Shown: in pieces, positions 27,935 to 38,326 of the stretch | How the letters are laid out: each line of letters starts with the position of its first letter | Numbering within the stretch: the stretch's first letter is position 1 | Origin: Candidatus Gottesmanbacteria bacterium | Lineage (GTDB): Bacteria; Patescibacteriota; Microgenomatia; UBA10105; UBA927 | NCBI GenBank assembly: GCA_023245335.1 | Contig: JAHFKK010000001.1 | Location: forward strand, 235,282 to 299,281 | Direction of reading: 5' to 3' | DNA: 64,000 nucleotides | The notes under the pieces: model-generated | What the model saw: only the letters and a program-made list of their open reading frames with translations | Told to the model about the DNA's origin: nothing | Database searches by the model: none | Position numbers and translations under genes: made by a program

Positions 27935-28306
27935 ATGACAGTAGAAGAAGCGTGGAATCGGGGAAATAATCTCGTAGCGACGGCGACACTTGCGCTTGCC
28001 GGAATCGCATTCTTTCCCGAGGCGTTTTTGGAGCCGGAGCAGCCGTTTAAGATCGACGATATTCTGTTGTTTGTCCTTGGGGTAGGCGCGGTCGGCTGGT
28101 ACAAAAAAGCAAATAACCGGTATGTCCGATCAGCCGTCCCCGTCATCCTGACCATTCTGGGGCTCTTCGTGAAAATTGTCGGGGTCCTTATTGAGTTTAA
28201 AGACAAAGAAGATGTCGGAGATGACTTTGGCGGATTAATATTGTTTCTGGCGGCAACAATTCTTGTCGTCTTTTTATATTTCAGATCCCGTGCGCCGAAG
28301 AAGTGA
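27935..28306 (+). CDS. hypothetical four-TM membrane protein
   Basis: Hydrophobic 123 aa ORF. Confidence 0.7.
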   Translation: MTVEEAWNRGNNLVATATLALAGIAFFPEAFLEPEQPFKIDDILLFVLGVGAVGWYKKANNRYVRSAVPVILTILGLFVKIVGVLIEFKDKEDVGDDFGGLILFLAATILVVFLYFRSRAPKK

Positions 28307-28312
28307 CAGACG

Positions 28313-28861
28313 TTACTGTTTCGTACGTTTGTCTGAGGTAAGGGCAAATCCCATGCCGATCGCGATCATGGAGGCTATCCACACACTTCCGGCAAAGAAG
28401 GTAATTTTGTCTTCCCGTTTTTCCACCTCGCGGAGTGACCTCCCTACAAGCACATACCCTCCTAAGCCTTCGGGAACGTGGGTAATTACAACCGCGCTTC
28501 GTACGCCGGGCTTGGGTTGCCAGGTGATGCGATCTTGTCCCTGTTCTTTCGTGTAGCTAAGTACCCCGGCGGGTAAAGTAGGTATGGTGCCATCCAGGAG
28601 GCCAGTAGACCCGATAGCGGTACCTTTGTCGTTATATACAATCATGTACGTACTCAAGCTGGTTGCGATATCGACGGATGTTGCAAATGTCGATGACGGC
28701 AACGATTTGCCGCTGGCAAGAAGGTGAGCCATATCTTCCGAAATTTGAATTTGGGGATCATTGGCATCTTGACGGAGGATTTGTTGGCCGGTGACGTAGA
28801 TAAGGCCTATGAGTGCGGTCGTGAGGATAAGGAGCGTAAGCCATGCCGTGAGTTTAGACAT
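28313..28861 (-). CDS. hypothetical protein: TM, extracellular sensor-like domain, TM
   Basis: Topology resembles a kinase sensor module (..GYVLVGRSLREVE..) with no cytoplasmic domain. Confidence 0.7.
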   Translation of the reverse strand: MSKLTAWLTLLILTTALIGLIYVTGQQILRQDANDPQIQISEDMAHLLASGKSLPSSTFATSVDIATSLSTYMIVYNDKGTAIGSTGLLDGTIPTLPAGVLSYTKEQGQDRITWQPKPGVRSAVVITHVPEGLGGYVLVGRSLREVEKREDKITFFAGSVWIASMIAIGMGFALTSDKRTKQ

Positions 28862-28927
28862 ACTATACAAAGTATAGAACCCGTCTGTGTACTTGTCTAT
28901 TTTATCGAGATTACTAATGAGGTAAGC

Positions 28928-29155
28928 CTAGCGAGGGTTACGGTGTTTTCCCCAGTGGATCGTATTCCAGATACGTTCGTGGATAATATAGAGGATCGTA
29001 CTGGCAAGGTTTGAAAAAAGCATGACACTCAATGTGATGTCATATCGGCGAGTAACGGCGAATATTATAATGCCGTCAGAAATGAGAATGAGTACGCGAA
29101 ATGTCAGCGCTTTGACGACTGACCGACCCGTATGTTCATAAAATTTTGTTTTCAT
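28928..29155 (-). CDS. DUF2061-like small membrane protein
   Basis: RSVVKALTFR...YIIHERIWN.I.WG. Confidence 0.85.
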   Translation of the reverse strand: MKTKFYEHTGRSVVKALTFRVLILISDGIIIFAVTRRYDITLSVMLFSNLASTILYIIHERIWNTIHWGKHRNPR

Positions 29156-29179
29156 ATAACGGTCGCGGAATGCTTTGAG

Positions 29180-29542
29180 TTACTCTTTTATCGTGAGTTT
29201 TGTGTGCGCACGGGTGACGGAGATGTGGGTAAATGACGAGTTGGGTTCTGCACCATGCCAATGGACTTCTCCGGCGGGCGCCCAGACTACGTCTCCTTTT
29301 GTCACGTGAGCCGTTTTATCTTTTGTCGTGACGACACCCTTTCCTTGAGTCACGATAAGTATCTGGTCATTTTCGTGTGTATGAAATTTATTGCGGGTGC
29401 CCTTGGGGAAGTGCACGTAATCGATGCTTAGGTCTGACCCGTCCTCCTGATCCGTGATCGGCGATTGGCGAGTCACGTTTCCGAGAAATATCGGTAAACC
29501 CGGGTGTTGTTTAGGAACATTTTTGAGATTGATGACTTTCAT
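29180..29542 (-). CDS. cupin domain protein
   Basis: FHTH...Q...G.G and HWHGA motifs. Confidence 0.9.
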   Translation of the reverse strand: MKVINLKNVPKQHPGLPIFLGNVTRQSPITDQEDGSDLSIDYVHFPKGTRNKFHTHENDQILIVTQGKGVVTTKDKTAHVTKGDVVWAPAGEVHWHGAEPNSSFTHISVTRAHTKLTIKE

Positions 29543-29919
29543 GGAACTATATTCATTATATCAGTATTGTTTGTTGCTTGTTGAGTCCGGATGGTCAGAA
29601 ACACGAGGTTTTTGTCCGTGTTGTTTTTGACACTGTGATTCGTGGCTGCCGGTACGATGACGAAATCATCTTTGGTGACCGGAAGCCATTCCTCACCCAC
29701 CAGCATTTGCCCGGTTCCTTCAAGGAAAAAATAAAATTCTTCCCCGTCTATATGTGTATGGATATCGAGTTGTTTTTTTGGTTCGAGCCACGCATAATTC
29801 ATCGTCGCGATATCGCCAGTGTGGTGTTCATCAGTGCTCACGAGTCGCTTCCGGAGCGTCGTGTTATTATGTATGAGCTCTGTCGGAATATCAGTAATAT
29901 TTCGTAGGTTTGACTTCAT
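29539..29919 (-). CDS. cupin domain protein
   Basis: HTH...EE.Y..LEG.G and P....H...N motifs; TATACT 6 nt before the ATG. Confidence 0.9.
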   Translation of the reverse strand: MKSNLRNITDIPTELIHNNTTLRKRLVSTDEHHTGDIATMNYAWLEPKKQLDIHTHIDGEEFYFFLEGTGQMLVGEEWLPVTKDDFVIVPAATNHSVKNNTDKNLVFLTIRTQQATNNTDIMNIVP

Positions 29920-31444
29920 GAGGAAAGTATATCAAAGATTCGTTCATCTGGGCATCATCACTCCCTTGGTGATGTCAGGTATCGCCGTCTTCCTTCTTTT
30001 GGGCGTCAACCTGTTGTCGACACGGGGTGAGATTGCCCCGCGCGGATTCTGTAAAAACTGTAATGTCATCCTTATTTCTATAGGGCCGCTTCGTGCAAAA
30101 AGCCTGCCGTGCTATGGGTATGAGAAAGACTCCGCGCCAAACCTATGTCGTTTTGGCTCACAGTCGGTTTTGTTTACAGACGCTAACGCTACGGCATCTA
30201 AGACACTCGATGCAAGTTTTTCGATGATGACCTCCTTGTATCCCGAGTCACATCATATGAATGTTCCGTTTGTGAGTGTCTTGGATTCCCGAATAGAGAC
30301 CCTTCCGCAGATTTTGGAGCGTTCGGGGTACCGGACATACTTTTTAGGACCTATCGGGGATCCTCATTTGCCGCTTAGCCTGGGATTCGGTCGGGGATTC
30401 GATGAGGTCCATAATGCAGACGATCCGAATTCCTGGATCCAAACACTTGATGAAATTAACGCGAAGACGCCGCTCACCAAACAGCGGTTCTTTGCTTTTC
30501 TCCACACGTATGCGGTCCATGAACCATACCTTCCGAAAGAAGAAAGCTTCCGAAAATTTTATTCGGGATCCGCCCGAATACCGGTTTCCAGCGAAGCACT
30601 CTGTGCATTTACCGTTAACAAACTTACATCCATTCACCCGGATCGGTTTGTGTCTTTGCCGCGTACAGGAAATTCCTGTGACAGTCTGTCCGCGTATCAA
30701 AAGAGATTTGCCGGATCGGAAAAGGATTTTGACGAGACGTATACCATCACAAACACTGCATATTGGGATATGTTTGCCGCGTTGGCGCCCGACGAAAAAG
30801 CCCGGTATACTCATGCGTTATATCTTGCGACCATTTATGAATTTGATCAGGAGCTGCAGCGTTTTTTCGACGATGCGCGAACCCATGGATTATTCAAAAA
30901 TACGATGGTGGTGATCACCGGAGATCACGGAGATGAATTTTATGAACACGGGGATTTTTCTCACGGAGGGACACTGTATGATGAGGTCATCCATGTCCCG
31001 CTTATTATTTCCGTCCCGGGGCTACCCGCTGCGAAGGTAGACAAACTCGTTTCGTCGGTCGATGTCATGCCGACCATTCTTGATGTATTGGGTATACGAC
31101 CTCCTTCATATATATCGGGAATCAATATTCTGTCATCCCGACTCCATCGCCTTATTTTGTCAGAGCACGTCTCTGACGGGTTGATGGCGATGATGACGCG
31201 GCGTTACAAAATGACGTCGTATCAAAACGGTCCCCGCAGAGGTCGCGAACTGTTTGATCGAGAGTCTGATCCGGGCGAACAAAAAAATCTCAATACAAAA
31301 AAGTCGGATATTGTTGTTTCATTACTTCATCTTTGGGGTATATACCAATTGCGGTTGCCCTCTTTTACGTCACAGCAAAAGTCTTTACCGATATGGTTGC
31401 ATCCCCAAGAGCGTCAACAACTCATCCGGACGGGATACTTTTAG
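29918..31444 (+). CDS. sulfatase/alkaline-phosphatase superfamily protein, membrane anchored
   Basis: NVILISI..LRA, HEPY, TGDHGDEF.EHG, LYDEVIHVPL, DPGEQ.NL; start uncertain. Confidence 0.88.
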   Translation: MRKVYQRFVHLGIITPLVMSGIAVFLLLGVNLLSTRGEIAPRGFCKNCNVILISIGPLRAKSLPCYGYEKDSAPNLCRFGSQSVLFTDANATASKTLDASFSMMTSLYPESHHMNVPFVSVLDSRIETLPQILERSGYRTYFLGPIGDPHLPLSLGFGRGFDEVHNADDPNSWIQTLDEINAKTPLTKQRFFAFLHTYAVHEPYLPKEESFRKFYSGSARIPVSSEALCAFTVNKLTSIHPDRFVSLPRTGNSCDSLSAYQKRFAGSEKDFDETYTITNTAYWDMFAALAPDEKARYTHALYLATIYEFDQELQRFFDDARTHGLFKNTMVVITGDHGDEFYEHGDFSHGGTLYDEVIHVPLIISVPGLPAAKVDKLVSSVDVMPTILDVLGIRPPSYISGINILSSRLHRLILSEHVSDGLMAMMTRRYKMTSYQNGPRRGRELFDRESDPGEQKNLNTKKSDIVVSLLHLWGIYQLRLPSFTSQQKSLPIWLHPQERQQLIRTGYF

Positions 31445-33447
31445 GGAGTGTCAATGGTATGTGTCTCCCAGAAGGGGAATAAACGTCTTATGTCCGTAAT
31501 TTTTGAAAGGTGCGTACCGCGAAATATCATGTCGATGCCGGTATGTATATATGTATTGGCATCGATAGAGACAAGTGACGGATGTGCCGGATCGAGGGAA
31601 ATACCGACGCCAGTATCAGAAAAAACGTTTTGTTTGATAACAGTAAAGTCGTGCCGTGTCGCATACACGTTGGGATCGTTATCGGTTTCGCCGGCTGCGG
31701 TTTCTAGCCGGATTCCTACGGAAGAATTTACCGCGCGGTTACGGTAAAAGGTATTGTGGGTTGCCGCGATCTGTCGGGGATACACCGTATAGCCAAACTG
31801 GCTGTTGTTGACCGCATTGTTGTTGGAGACGGTGACGCCGCTAGCATTGCTCACGAATACGCCATCGGCAAATCCCTTTTTGTGGGACGTCTGTTCTTGG
31901 CAATACGACCACCCGAGATTATCCGAGAGGTTGTTATGATCCGCGACGGTGTGAGTAAATTCTCCTCCGAAAAATTTAAGCGCTGCACATGACGATGCAT
32001 TCTGGCAGACGCGTTCGATGCGGTTGTCGGCGACCAGGATGTTGTTGACGGAACCTGTATTTTTTTCGTAACTCGTGAGATGTATGCCATAACTCGTGTT
32101 GTCGAAGACATGATTGTGAAGAATGTCGGCATCGGACACGCGGATAAGGTTAATTCCGGGCTCATTGTATCGGGTTGCCGCATTGTGGACGGAAGAGTCA
32201 GTGATGCTGACATTTCTGATGTTAGTAGGGAGATGGGTACGTGCAATAATCGCAATGGGAGATTTTGTCGTGTGGCTCAGGTCCGCGTGTTGTATCGTGA
32301 TAGTGTGTACCGAACTGGATTCCTGCGGTTGGACGCTGACGCCGTTCCCGGCATATTGTATGGTGAGATTGGTCAGAGCGATTTTGTTGATCTTGGTGTG
32401 TCCTATTGAACCGACGACAATTGCACCGGTGTAGGCGGCGTCGGTTTCGTATGCATCATTGATGCCACGTATTACCACGTTGTCTATATGGATATCCGAT
32501 GCATTCAAGCGAATGCCGGTACTCCGCTGTCCAATTTCGATGAATCCCTGTGAAGGGTTCGTATCAGTGAGTGGCCATACATACAATTTTCCGCCTTGCG
32601 CGTCATAGAACCATTCTCCCGGTGTGTCGAGTAAGCCGATCGCGTTTTCTACATAATATTTCGTGAATGCTCCAACGCCATTTTCCTGTATGCCATACGT
32701 CAGTGCCCCGACAGGGCGATCGAAGATGATTTGTCCGCGTGTTGGGTCATGAGAAACGATACGGCGTTCATACATAAATATCCCGCATCGGTCGTTCCCA
32801 TCCATAATGAAAGCCGTACCTCCCGTGATCCCGGGCGCTGTCGTAAGATTTCCTTTTTGTAAACCGGGATCATTTTCGGTATCAACGAGAGAACGGGGAG
32901 AGTCATTTGTTTCATCTGCGGTCCACCAATATTGGTGGTATTTGTTGGGGTCAGTGAGATATGAATTTGGAGATCGGGCAAGGACGAGTTCATGTATGTC
33001 TCCGTCGTTTGTTGTTTGGGTGAGGATGGTGGGGTTCTGCGCCCCGTGCCAGTCGCCCACAAACACGGACGATCGTATTTCAGCCCGTACTGTGGGACAG
33101 GTGGCTGCCGTACAGCGGATCCAGGATGTCTTTGAGGCCGGCTCCGATCCGACAATGGTTGCGTGCTCGTCTGCGATAGTCATTCCCCGGATGAAGACCG
33201 AAGCGCGCGGAAGAGGAGAAGTTGGGAGATCGACCTCTTCCCGGTATATGCCGGGAAGAAGGTAGATGGTCCCGCCAAAATTGATGGTTCGATACGCGAA
33301 TGAGATATGTTGAAACGGTTTATCTCTTGTCCCCGGATTTGCGTCGTTGCCTCTCGGTGAGACAAACACCACTTGATGGGTCGTGCGATATATAAGAACG
33401 GTGATGCCGACCAAAAGAAGTAGTGTGCATATCGTCCGTTTCAACAT
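31441..33447 (-). CDS. secreted right-handed parallel beta-helix protein (polysaccharide lyase-like)
   Basis: VSPRGNDANPGT..PF, LLDTPGEWFYD and Asn-ladder repeats. Confidence 0.85.
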   Translation of the reverse strand: MLKRTICTLLLLVGITVLIYRTTHQVVFVSPRGNDANPGTRDKPFQHISFAYRTINFGGTIYLLPGIYREEVDLPTSPLPRASVFIRGMTIADEHATIVGSEPASKTSWIRCTAATCPTVRAEIRSSVFVGDWHGAQNPTILTQTTNDGDIHELVLARSPNSYLTDPNKYHQYWWTADETNDSPRSLVDTENDPGLQKGNLTTAPGITGGTAFIMDGNDRCGIFMYERRIVSHDPTRGQIIFDRPVGALTYGIQENGVGAFTKYYVENAIGLLDTPGEWFYDAQGGKLYVWPLTDTNPSQGFIEIGQRSTGIRLNASDIHIDNVVIRGINDAYETDAAYTGAIVVGSIGHTKINKIALTNLTIQYAGNGVSVQPQESSSVHTITIQHADLSHTTKSPIAIIARTHLPTNIRNVSITDSSVHNAATRYNEPGINLIRVSDADILHNHVFDNTSYGIHLTSYEKNTGSVNNILVADNRIERVCQNASSCAALKFFGGEFTHTVADHNNLSDNLGWSYCQEQTSHKKGFADGVFVSNASGVTVSNNNAVNNSQFGYTVYPRQIAATHNTFYRNRAVNSSVGIRLETAAGETDNDPNVYATRHDFTVIKQNVFSDTGVGISLDPAHPSLVSIDANTYIHTGIDMIFRGTHLSKITDIRRLFPFWETHTIDTP

Positions 33448-33456
33448 AGGCGGAAG

Positions 33457-33735
33457 TTATTTCTTTTTGCGGTAGGCAATGATCTGGTAGACGATGACGC
33501 CCGTGGTGATGACGCCTAATCCTTGCCCCAAAATCACCACCCAGTCTTTTTGCATGATGCCATGAAGTACCCAAAGGATATAGGTAAGAAATGAAAGGAA
33601 GTAAAACGAAGTAGAGACTCCCTCTGTCGATTTTCGTAGATAATTTTTGCGCATCTGGTCAGGGAAGCCCACGACCTTCACTAAGATAGTGAGTATCGTT
33701 GTGAGAAAACCGATGATAACGGCAACAGATAGCAT
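33457..33735 (-). CDS. SemiSWEET/PQ-loop family transporter
   Basis: Three TM helices, P(D)Q..KNY.RKST.GVS and LW..HG. Confidence 0.8.
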   Translation of the reverse strand: MLSVAVIIGFLTTILTILVKVVGFPDQMRKNYLRKSTEGVSTSFYFLSFLTYILWVLHGIMQKDWVVILGQGLGVITTGVIVYQIIAYRKKK

Positions 33736-33800
33736 ACCTCGGATATTATACCGCATGCGTGTACGAGCACGCCGCTATCCATGATATTATCAATTGTACG

Positions 33801-34475
33801 ATGGCACACGGAACGCTCCTTCTGGCAGGATCAGGTGAATTTACCGACGCGATGATCAAGGTCGACAGATATCTTTTCCGGGATATCAAGAATCCTGCGA
33901 TTGCGATCATTCCAACTGCGGCAGGGCAGGAAACTGACTGGCTGAAGTGGGTAGAATATGGGAAGATTCACTTCAAGAAATTGGGGATGCATGCATACGG
34001 AGTTTCTTTACGGAAAAAATCCGATGCGTCGAAACCGTCCGTGATAGCGGATATTGCGAAAGCGAACGCATTTTACTTTTCCGGAGGAGATCCCGCATAT
34101 GTATTATCAGTCATGAAAAAATCACCAGCGTGGAATACGGTTTATCGTAAGTTTCAGGAGGGTGCGGTGTTAGCGGGGAGCTCTGCGGGAGCGATGTTTA
34201 TGGGGAGCTGGATCCCTTCAAATATTCGCGGCGTACTCGAAGATGGTACGAAAGAACCGCAATGGGAAAAAGCTCTGGGACTCGTGCCCTATATGATTTG
34301 GCCGCACTATGATTGGGGACGGCGCACGTTTGGAGACAAGATAACACGTCTCATAGAAGCAGGCCAGAAAAAGTCATCCTGGCTTGGGATTGATGAAGAT
34401 ACTGCAGTCATATGGGAATCGGGAAAGAAGCCCAGGGTTATGGGATCTGGTACGGCTCATTGGAATGTCGAGTGA
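33801..34475 (+). CDS. peptidase S51 (peptidase E/cyanophycinase-like)
   Basis: IIPTA, SGGD, GSSAGA, PHYD and GIDEDTA motifs. Confidence 0.88.
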   Translation: MAHGTLLLAGSGEFTDAMIKVDRYLFRDIKNPAIAIIPTAAGQETDWLKWVEYGKIHFKKLGMHAYGVSLRKKSDASKPSVIADIAKANAFYFSGGDPAYVLSVMKKSPAWNTVYRKFQEGAVLAGSSAGAMFMGSWIPSNIRGVLEDGTKEPQWEKALGLVPYMIWPHYDWGRRTFGDKITRLIEAGQKKSSWLGIDEDTAVIWESGKKPRVMGSGTAHWNVE

Positions 34476-34526
34476 TCTCTTTCACGATTTACCGCTAGAA
34501 ACCCGTCTCCTTGGTATAATACGCAT

Positions 34527-35285
34527 ATGAACACAATTGCGTCCCTAGATTTATTTTTTCGAATAGTTGTTCCGTTTGTTATCGCAGTGTTGATGCATTG
34601 GCTGATACAGCGATTTGTGCGCGCTCCAAAAAATCTGGATTCTCCGCGTACTCGGACATACTTCTCCGTCGCGAAAAGCATTTTCACCACCATCATTTAT
34701 CTCATCGCGACGTACTACATCTTTATTGCACTCAATATAAATGTGACTCCGTTGTTCGCTTCAGCAGGGGTCGTCGGCATCATTATCGGGTTGGGGGTGC
34801 GGCCGTTTATTGAAGACTTCTTCACCGGCATATTTATTCTCACGCAGGATACGATTAGCGTCGGGGACTATGTCGAAATCGGCGGCGCCGAAGGAGTGAC
34901 GGAAGCATTGGGTCTGCGGACGGTACGGATCAAGGATCAAAATGGGGCGATACATATTTTCCCCAACCGCGAAATCAAAAAGATAGTCAATTACTCCCGA
35001 AGAGCGGCGCGTGTGATTGTCGATATTCCGATGAAATCCAATCAGCCGATTGACGATGCCCTTGCCGCATTGGAGAGGGCAATTAAGGATCTAAAGGAAG
35101 ACAATGCTATAGGTAAATTCATATCAGACGGCTCTGCCGTACAAGGAATACAGCAGATTTCCGGTGGATTTACTCTCATCCGGGTATTGGTTATTACACG
35201 AGCGTCTTCTCGGTGGGAGGCAGCGCGCAAATACCGTTATCTAGCTTTAAAAGAATTAGAAAAGGTGAAAATCATCCTTGCGTAA
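34527..35285 (+). CDS. small-conductance mechanosensitive channel (MscS family)
   Basis: ASAGVVG...VGDYVEIG..G.....GLR......G..H.FPN.....V.NYS. Confidence 0.92.
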   Translation: MNTIASLDLFFRIVVPFVIAVLMHWLIQRFVRAPKNLDSPRTRTYFSVAKSIFTTIIYLIATYYIFIALNINVTPLFASAGVVGIIIGLGVRPFIEDFFTGIFILTQDTISVGDYVEIGGAEGVTEALGLRTVRIKDQNGAIHIFPNREIKKIVNYSRRAARVIVDIPMKSNQPIDDALAALERAIKDLKEDNAIGKFISDGSAVQGIQQISGGFTLIRVLVITRASSRWEAARKYRYLALKELEKVKIILA

Positions 35286-35372
35286 TTCACGGGATGGGCA
35301 TGGCGTGGATTATCCATACGCCCAAAAATGCCACCGCCATCATGCAAATGATATAGCCGACCGTCCGTGCCA

Positions 35373-35618
35373 TTATTTTTGCCACCGCGGAAGTTTCGGA
35401 AGCATTTCATTAACCATGTGCTCTGCTTCTTCCTGTGTTTTACCCATGAATTTGACGGCAGCACCGACTGATCCGGTGCGGACTTGTTCATATGTCCGGA
35501 GTGCTGCAGTTGTTTGATCCTGGCAATAAATACAGTATCGTTTGTCGAATTTGGAAACGGTCGAGTTGTCCATAGGCATACCACAGCTTTCACAGACCTG
35601 TTGTTGACGGATATCCAT
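35373..35618 (-). CDS. zinc-ribbon domain protein
   Basis: CESCGMPM...YCIYC...PKLPRW. Confidence 0.85.
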   Translation of the reverse strand: MDIRQQQVCESCGMPMDNSTVSKFDKRYCIYCQDQTTAALRTYEQVRTGSVGAAVKFMGKTQEEAEHMVNEMLPKLPRWQK

Positions 35619-35631
35619 AGGATTATATGTA

Positions 35632-36165
35632 TTATTTTCCCCAAACGTATATCATGCCCTTACCTTCACTTGCTGTATTTTGACAAATTTGTGATCTTGG
35701 TACCTTGAGAAAATATGTCCCGGCAGTGAGCGGCTTATTAAATTCATAATCCGCGGCGACACACCATTGATGCTGATATGGGTCGCAGTCTTTGCGGGTG
35801 AGCGTCCCCGCGGCAATCTCCTCCTTGCCGCGGAGAACCGTATAGGGCGTATCTTGTTCGCTCTGTCCCCATGAATACCACGTCCGGATCCGGGTAATGA
35901 AACGGTCTTTATCCAGTGCGAATTCCGCATTGTCGCTGAGTGAGCAGGCGGCAGGGTTTTCCCGTTTGATGAGCAATTGTTCTGTCTGCTCGCTTGGCGA
36001 CGGGGTGGTAGCGGTGGTAGGCGAGCTAGTTTGAGCGGATTCTTTCGTCACGTGAAGCGTGGATTGTGCCGGAACTTCCAGTTGAATTCGATTGATTGTA
36101 TAGATTTGCAGTCCGATAATGACAACCAGAGCGGTTCCTAAGATGTAACAGCACGGATTTTTCAT
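35632..36165 (-). CDS. anchored hypothetical protein with a Thr/Pro linker and Cys-containing domain
   Basis: N-terminal TM, TSSPTTATTPSP, CDPYQ..WC. Confidence 0.7.
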   Translation of the reverse strand: MKNPCCYILGTALVVIIGLQIYTINRIQLEVPAQSTLHVTKESAQTSSPTTATTPSPSEQTEQLLIKRENPAACSLSDNAEFALDKDRFITRIRTWYSWGQSEQDTPYTVLRGKEEIAAGTLTRKDCDPYQHQWCVAADYEFNKPLTAGTYFLKVPRSQICQNTASEGKGMIYVWGK

Positions 36166-36257
36166 GTCCGATCCGGATCATACCCCCGTTGATCGTAAGA
36201 GTCTGTTAGGTAAATTACAGTGTAGAAAGAAGGTAAGAAGGCGAAATCTGCGGCGTG

Positions 36258-37364
36258 TTAGTCAAAAAATTCTTTCACTGCGTTTATGACGTTTTGCTGG
36301 TCCGAAAGCGTCAACTCCGGATACATCGGAAGTGAAAATATTTCGCGGCATACTCGTTCCGTAACGGGGAAATCACCGTGAATATACCCTAAATCCTTAA
36401 ATCCGCGCATGGTATGGAGGGGATACCGATAGCTGACATTTACGGTAATATTCCTGGTTTTCAAATGTCGGATGATTGCTTCCCTTTTGGGATGCCGGCA
36501 AATAAAGAGGTAGTATGCATGACGTGCGTGAGGCGCAGTGACGGGGAGTTTGAGCGGAGTATCTTTCAGAGCGAGCAGGTATCGGGCGGCGATACGCCGT
36601 CGTTTGGTCATAGCCTCCTTAAGACGCGTGAATTTGTATGAAAGGATAGCGGCCTGTACCTCATCAAGACGTGAATAATATCCTAAAAATTCTGAATAAT
36701 ACTCCCGACTGGTGCCGTACATTTGAAGCATGCGCATACGTTTGGCAAGCCTTTTTGATCGGGTGATCATCATGCCGCCGTCTCCGTATGCTCCCAGTAT
36801 TTTTGTCGGGTAAAACGAAAACGTACCGATATCGGACATGGATCCCGCACGTTTTTCCCGCCAGGTTGCCCCGGTCGACTGCGCACAATCCTCGACAACA
36901 AACACGCCGTGGCGTTTGGCGATTTTTGTTACCGCATCCATATCGACGCATTGACCATACAGATGGACAGGGATAATACATTTCGTACGTATGGTAATTG
37001 CGCGTTCGAGCTTTGTGACATCCATGAGGTAGGTATCCGGATCGATATCCACAAATATCGGAGTCGCGCCGGTTGCTTCAATCGCTGAAGCGGTGGGGAT
37101 CGCGGTGTTGGGGACCGTAATTACTTCATCGCCGGGACCTATTCCCAACGTCTTCATCGCAATAAAGAGCGCATCGGTCCCGGAGTTGACACTCACACTG
37201 TAGGGATATCCGCAGTAGGAGGCGAATGTCTTTTCAAACGTATGTACTTCGCTTCCCGCGATGAGTTGGCCAGAGGAAAAAACGCGATCAACAACCCTAA
37301 GGATGGCATCCCTGTTTTGGGTATACTCGGAAAGATAACTCCAGACGTTGACGCGTTTATTCAT
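36258..37364 (-). CDS. DegT/DnrJ/EryC1/StrS sugar aminotransferase (EvaB/DnrJ-like 3-aminotransferase)
   Basis: SGTDAL, EDCAQS, SFYPTKILGAYGDGG and RLDEVQAA; N-terminal VWSYL.EY. Confidence 0.93.
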   Translation of the reverse strand: MNKRVNVWSYLSEYTQNRDAILRVVDRVFSSGQLIAGSEVHTFEKTFASYCGYPYSVSVNSGTDALFIAMKTLGIGPGDEVITVPNTAIPTASAIEATGATPIFVDIDPDTYLMDVTKLERAITIRTKCIIPVHLYGQCVDMDAVTKIAKRHGVFVVEDCAQSTGATWREKRAGSMSDIGTFSFYPTKILGAYGDGGMMITRSKRLAKRMRMLQMYGTSREYYSEFLGYYSRLDEVQAAILSYKFTRLKEAMTKRRRIAARYLLALKDTPLKLPVTAPHARHAYYLFICRHPKREAIIRHLKTRNITVNVSYRYPLHTMRGFKDLGYIHGDFPVTERVCREIFSLPMYPELTLSDQQNVINAVKEFFD

Positions 37365-38326
37365 GTGGTGCGGTTGGGTATATGGTACACCCCACCGCTT
37401 TTTCCCGCGACGTTTATGGCGTCGAGCATAATGAGGCGATCAAGTAGCCTTTCATTATACCCGCGATATTCCGTCCGTTTGAGGTTAGCGAAAACAGTAA
37501 ACATGTCATAAAAGGAATCACGGGCTCTTGCGGTCATCATGCTTGTCCGATCGTGACGTTTAAGTAGAATAGTGTTTTGAATATCCCGGGGGATGGTAAA
37601 TGCTCTGTCCAAAGAAAAATAATATTCTCCCCCCCAGAATTCCAGATGGTTACGATATTCTCTCCCAAATCCGATTGCTGCCTGTAACGTTTCGGTAGCG
37701 CTGAATCGAAGTGATATGGTAGCAGTCACGGGGAGCTGATGCTCATACTGGATATACGACGAAACGTCGGTCGCTATTTTCCCAAAGTAATGGTAACCTG
37801 CGGAAACAACATACGGCCCGAGGTCAAAAACACATCCTCCGCCGAGCGTCAGGCTGTTACGAAAATTATTTCGGGGAAGCCTCGGATACCCAAATTGCAG
37901 CGTGATATGTTGGAGTGATGCGCGTTCGTCACGGATGAGTCGAGTAAGTTTTTTGTGCGCAGGATGGTAGAGATACTGCGTCGCTTCAAATATGACGCGT
38001 TTCCCTGCGGCTTTACCGATGATCATCCGTGCTTCTTTTTGATTTAGTACCACCGGCTTGTCGCATATAACGTTTTTCCCCTTTTCTAGTGCATAGAGAA
38101 TCCAAGTAACATGCGCACTATTGTGCAGTGAAATGTATACCGTATCACACGAGACCGCATCGATGGCTTTTTTATAATCATTAAAGACATTGTATCCATG
38201 AGGGATGAGATGAGATTTGGATCGGGACGCAATCGCAGTGAGGCGCGCATGGGGATGTCGTTTCAAAGCCGGAATGATAGATTTTTGGGCGATAGACGAA
38301 TAACCAAGAAGCAATATCGTGTTCAT
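37361..38326 (-). CDS. Gfo/Idh/MocA oxidoreductase (NDP-hexose 3-ketoreductase-like)
   Basis: Rossmann N-terminus, CDKP, LGGG.VFD.G.Y; operon context. Confidence 0.85.
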   Translation of the reverse strand: MNTILLLGYSSIAQKSIIPALKRHPHARLTAIASRSKSHLIPHGYNVFNDYKKAIDAVSCDTVYISLHNSAHVTWILYALEKGKNVICDKPVVLNQKEARMIIGKAAGKRVIFEATQYLYHPAHKKLTRLIRDERASLQHITLQFGYPRLPRNNFRNSLTLGGGCVFDLGPYVVSAGYHYFGKIATDVSSYIQYEHQLPVTATISLRFSATETLQAAIGFGREYRNHLEFWGGEYYFSLDRAFTIPRDIQNTILLKRHDRTSMMTARARDSFYDMFTVFANLKRTEYRGYNERLLDRLIMLDAINVAGKSGGVYHIPNRTT

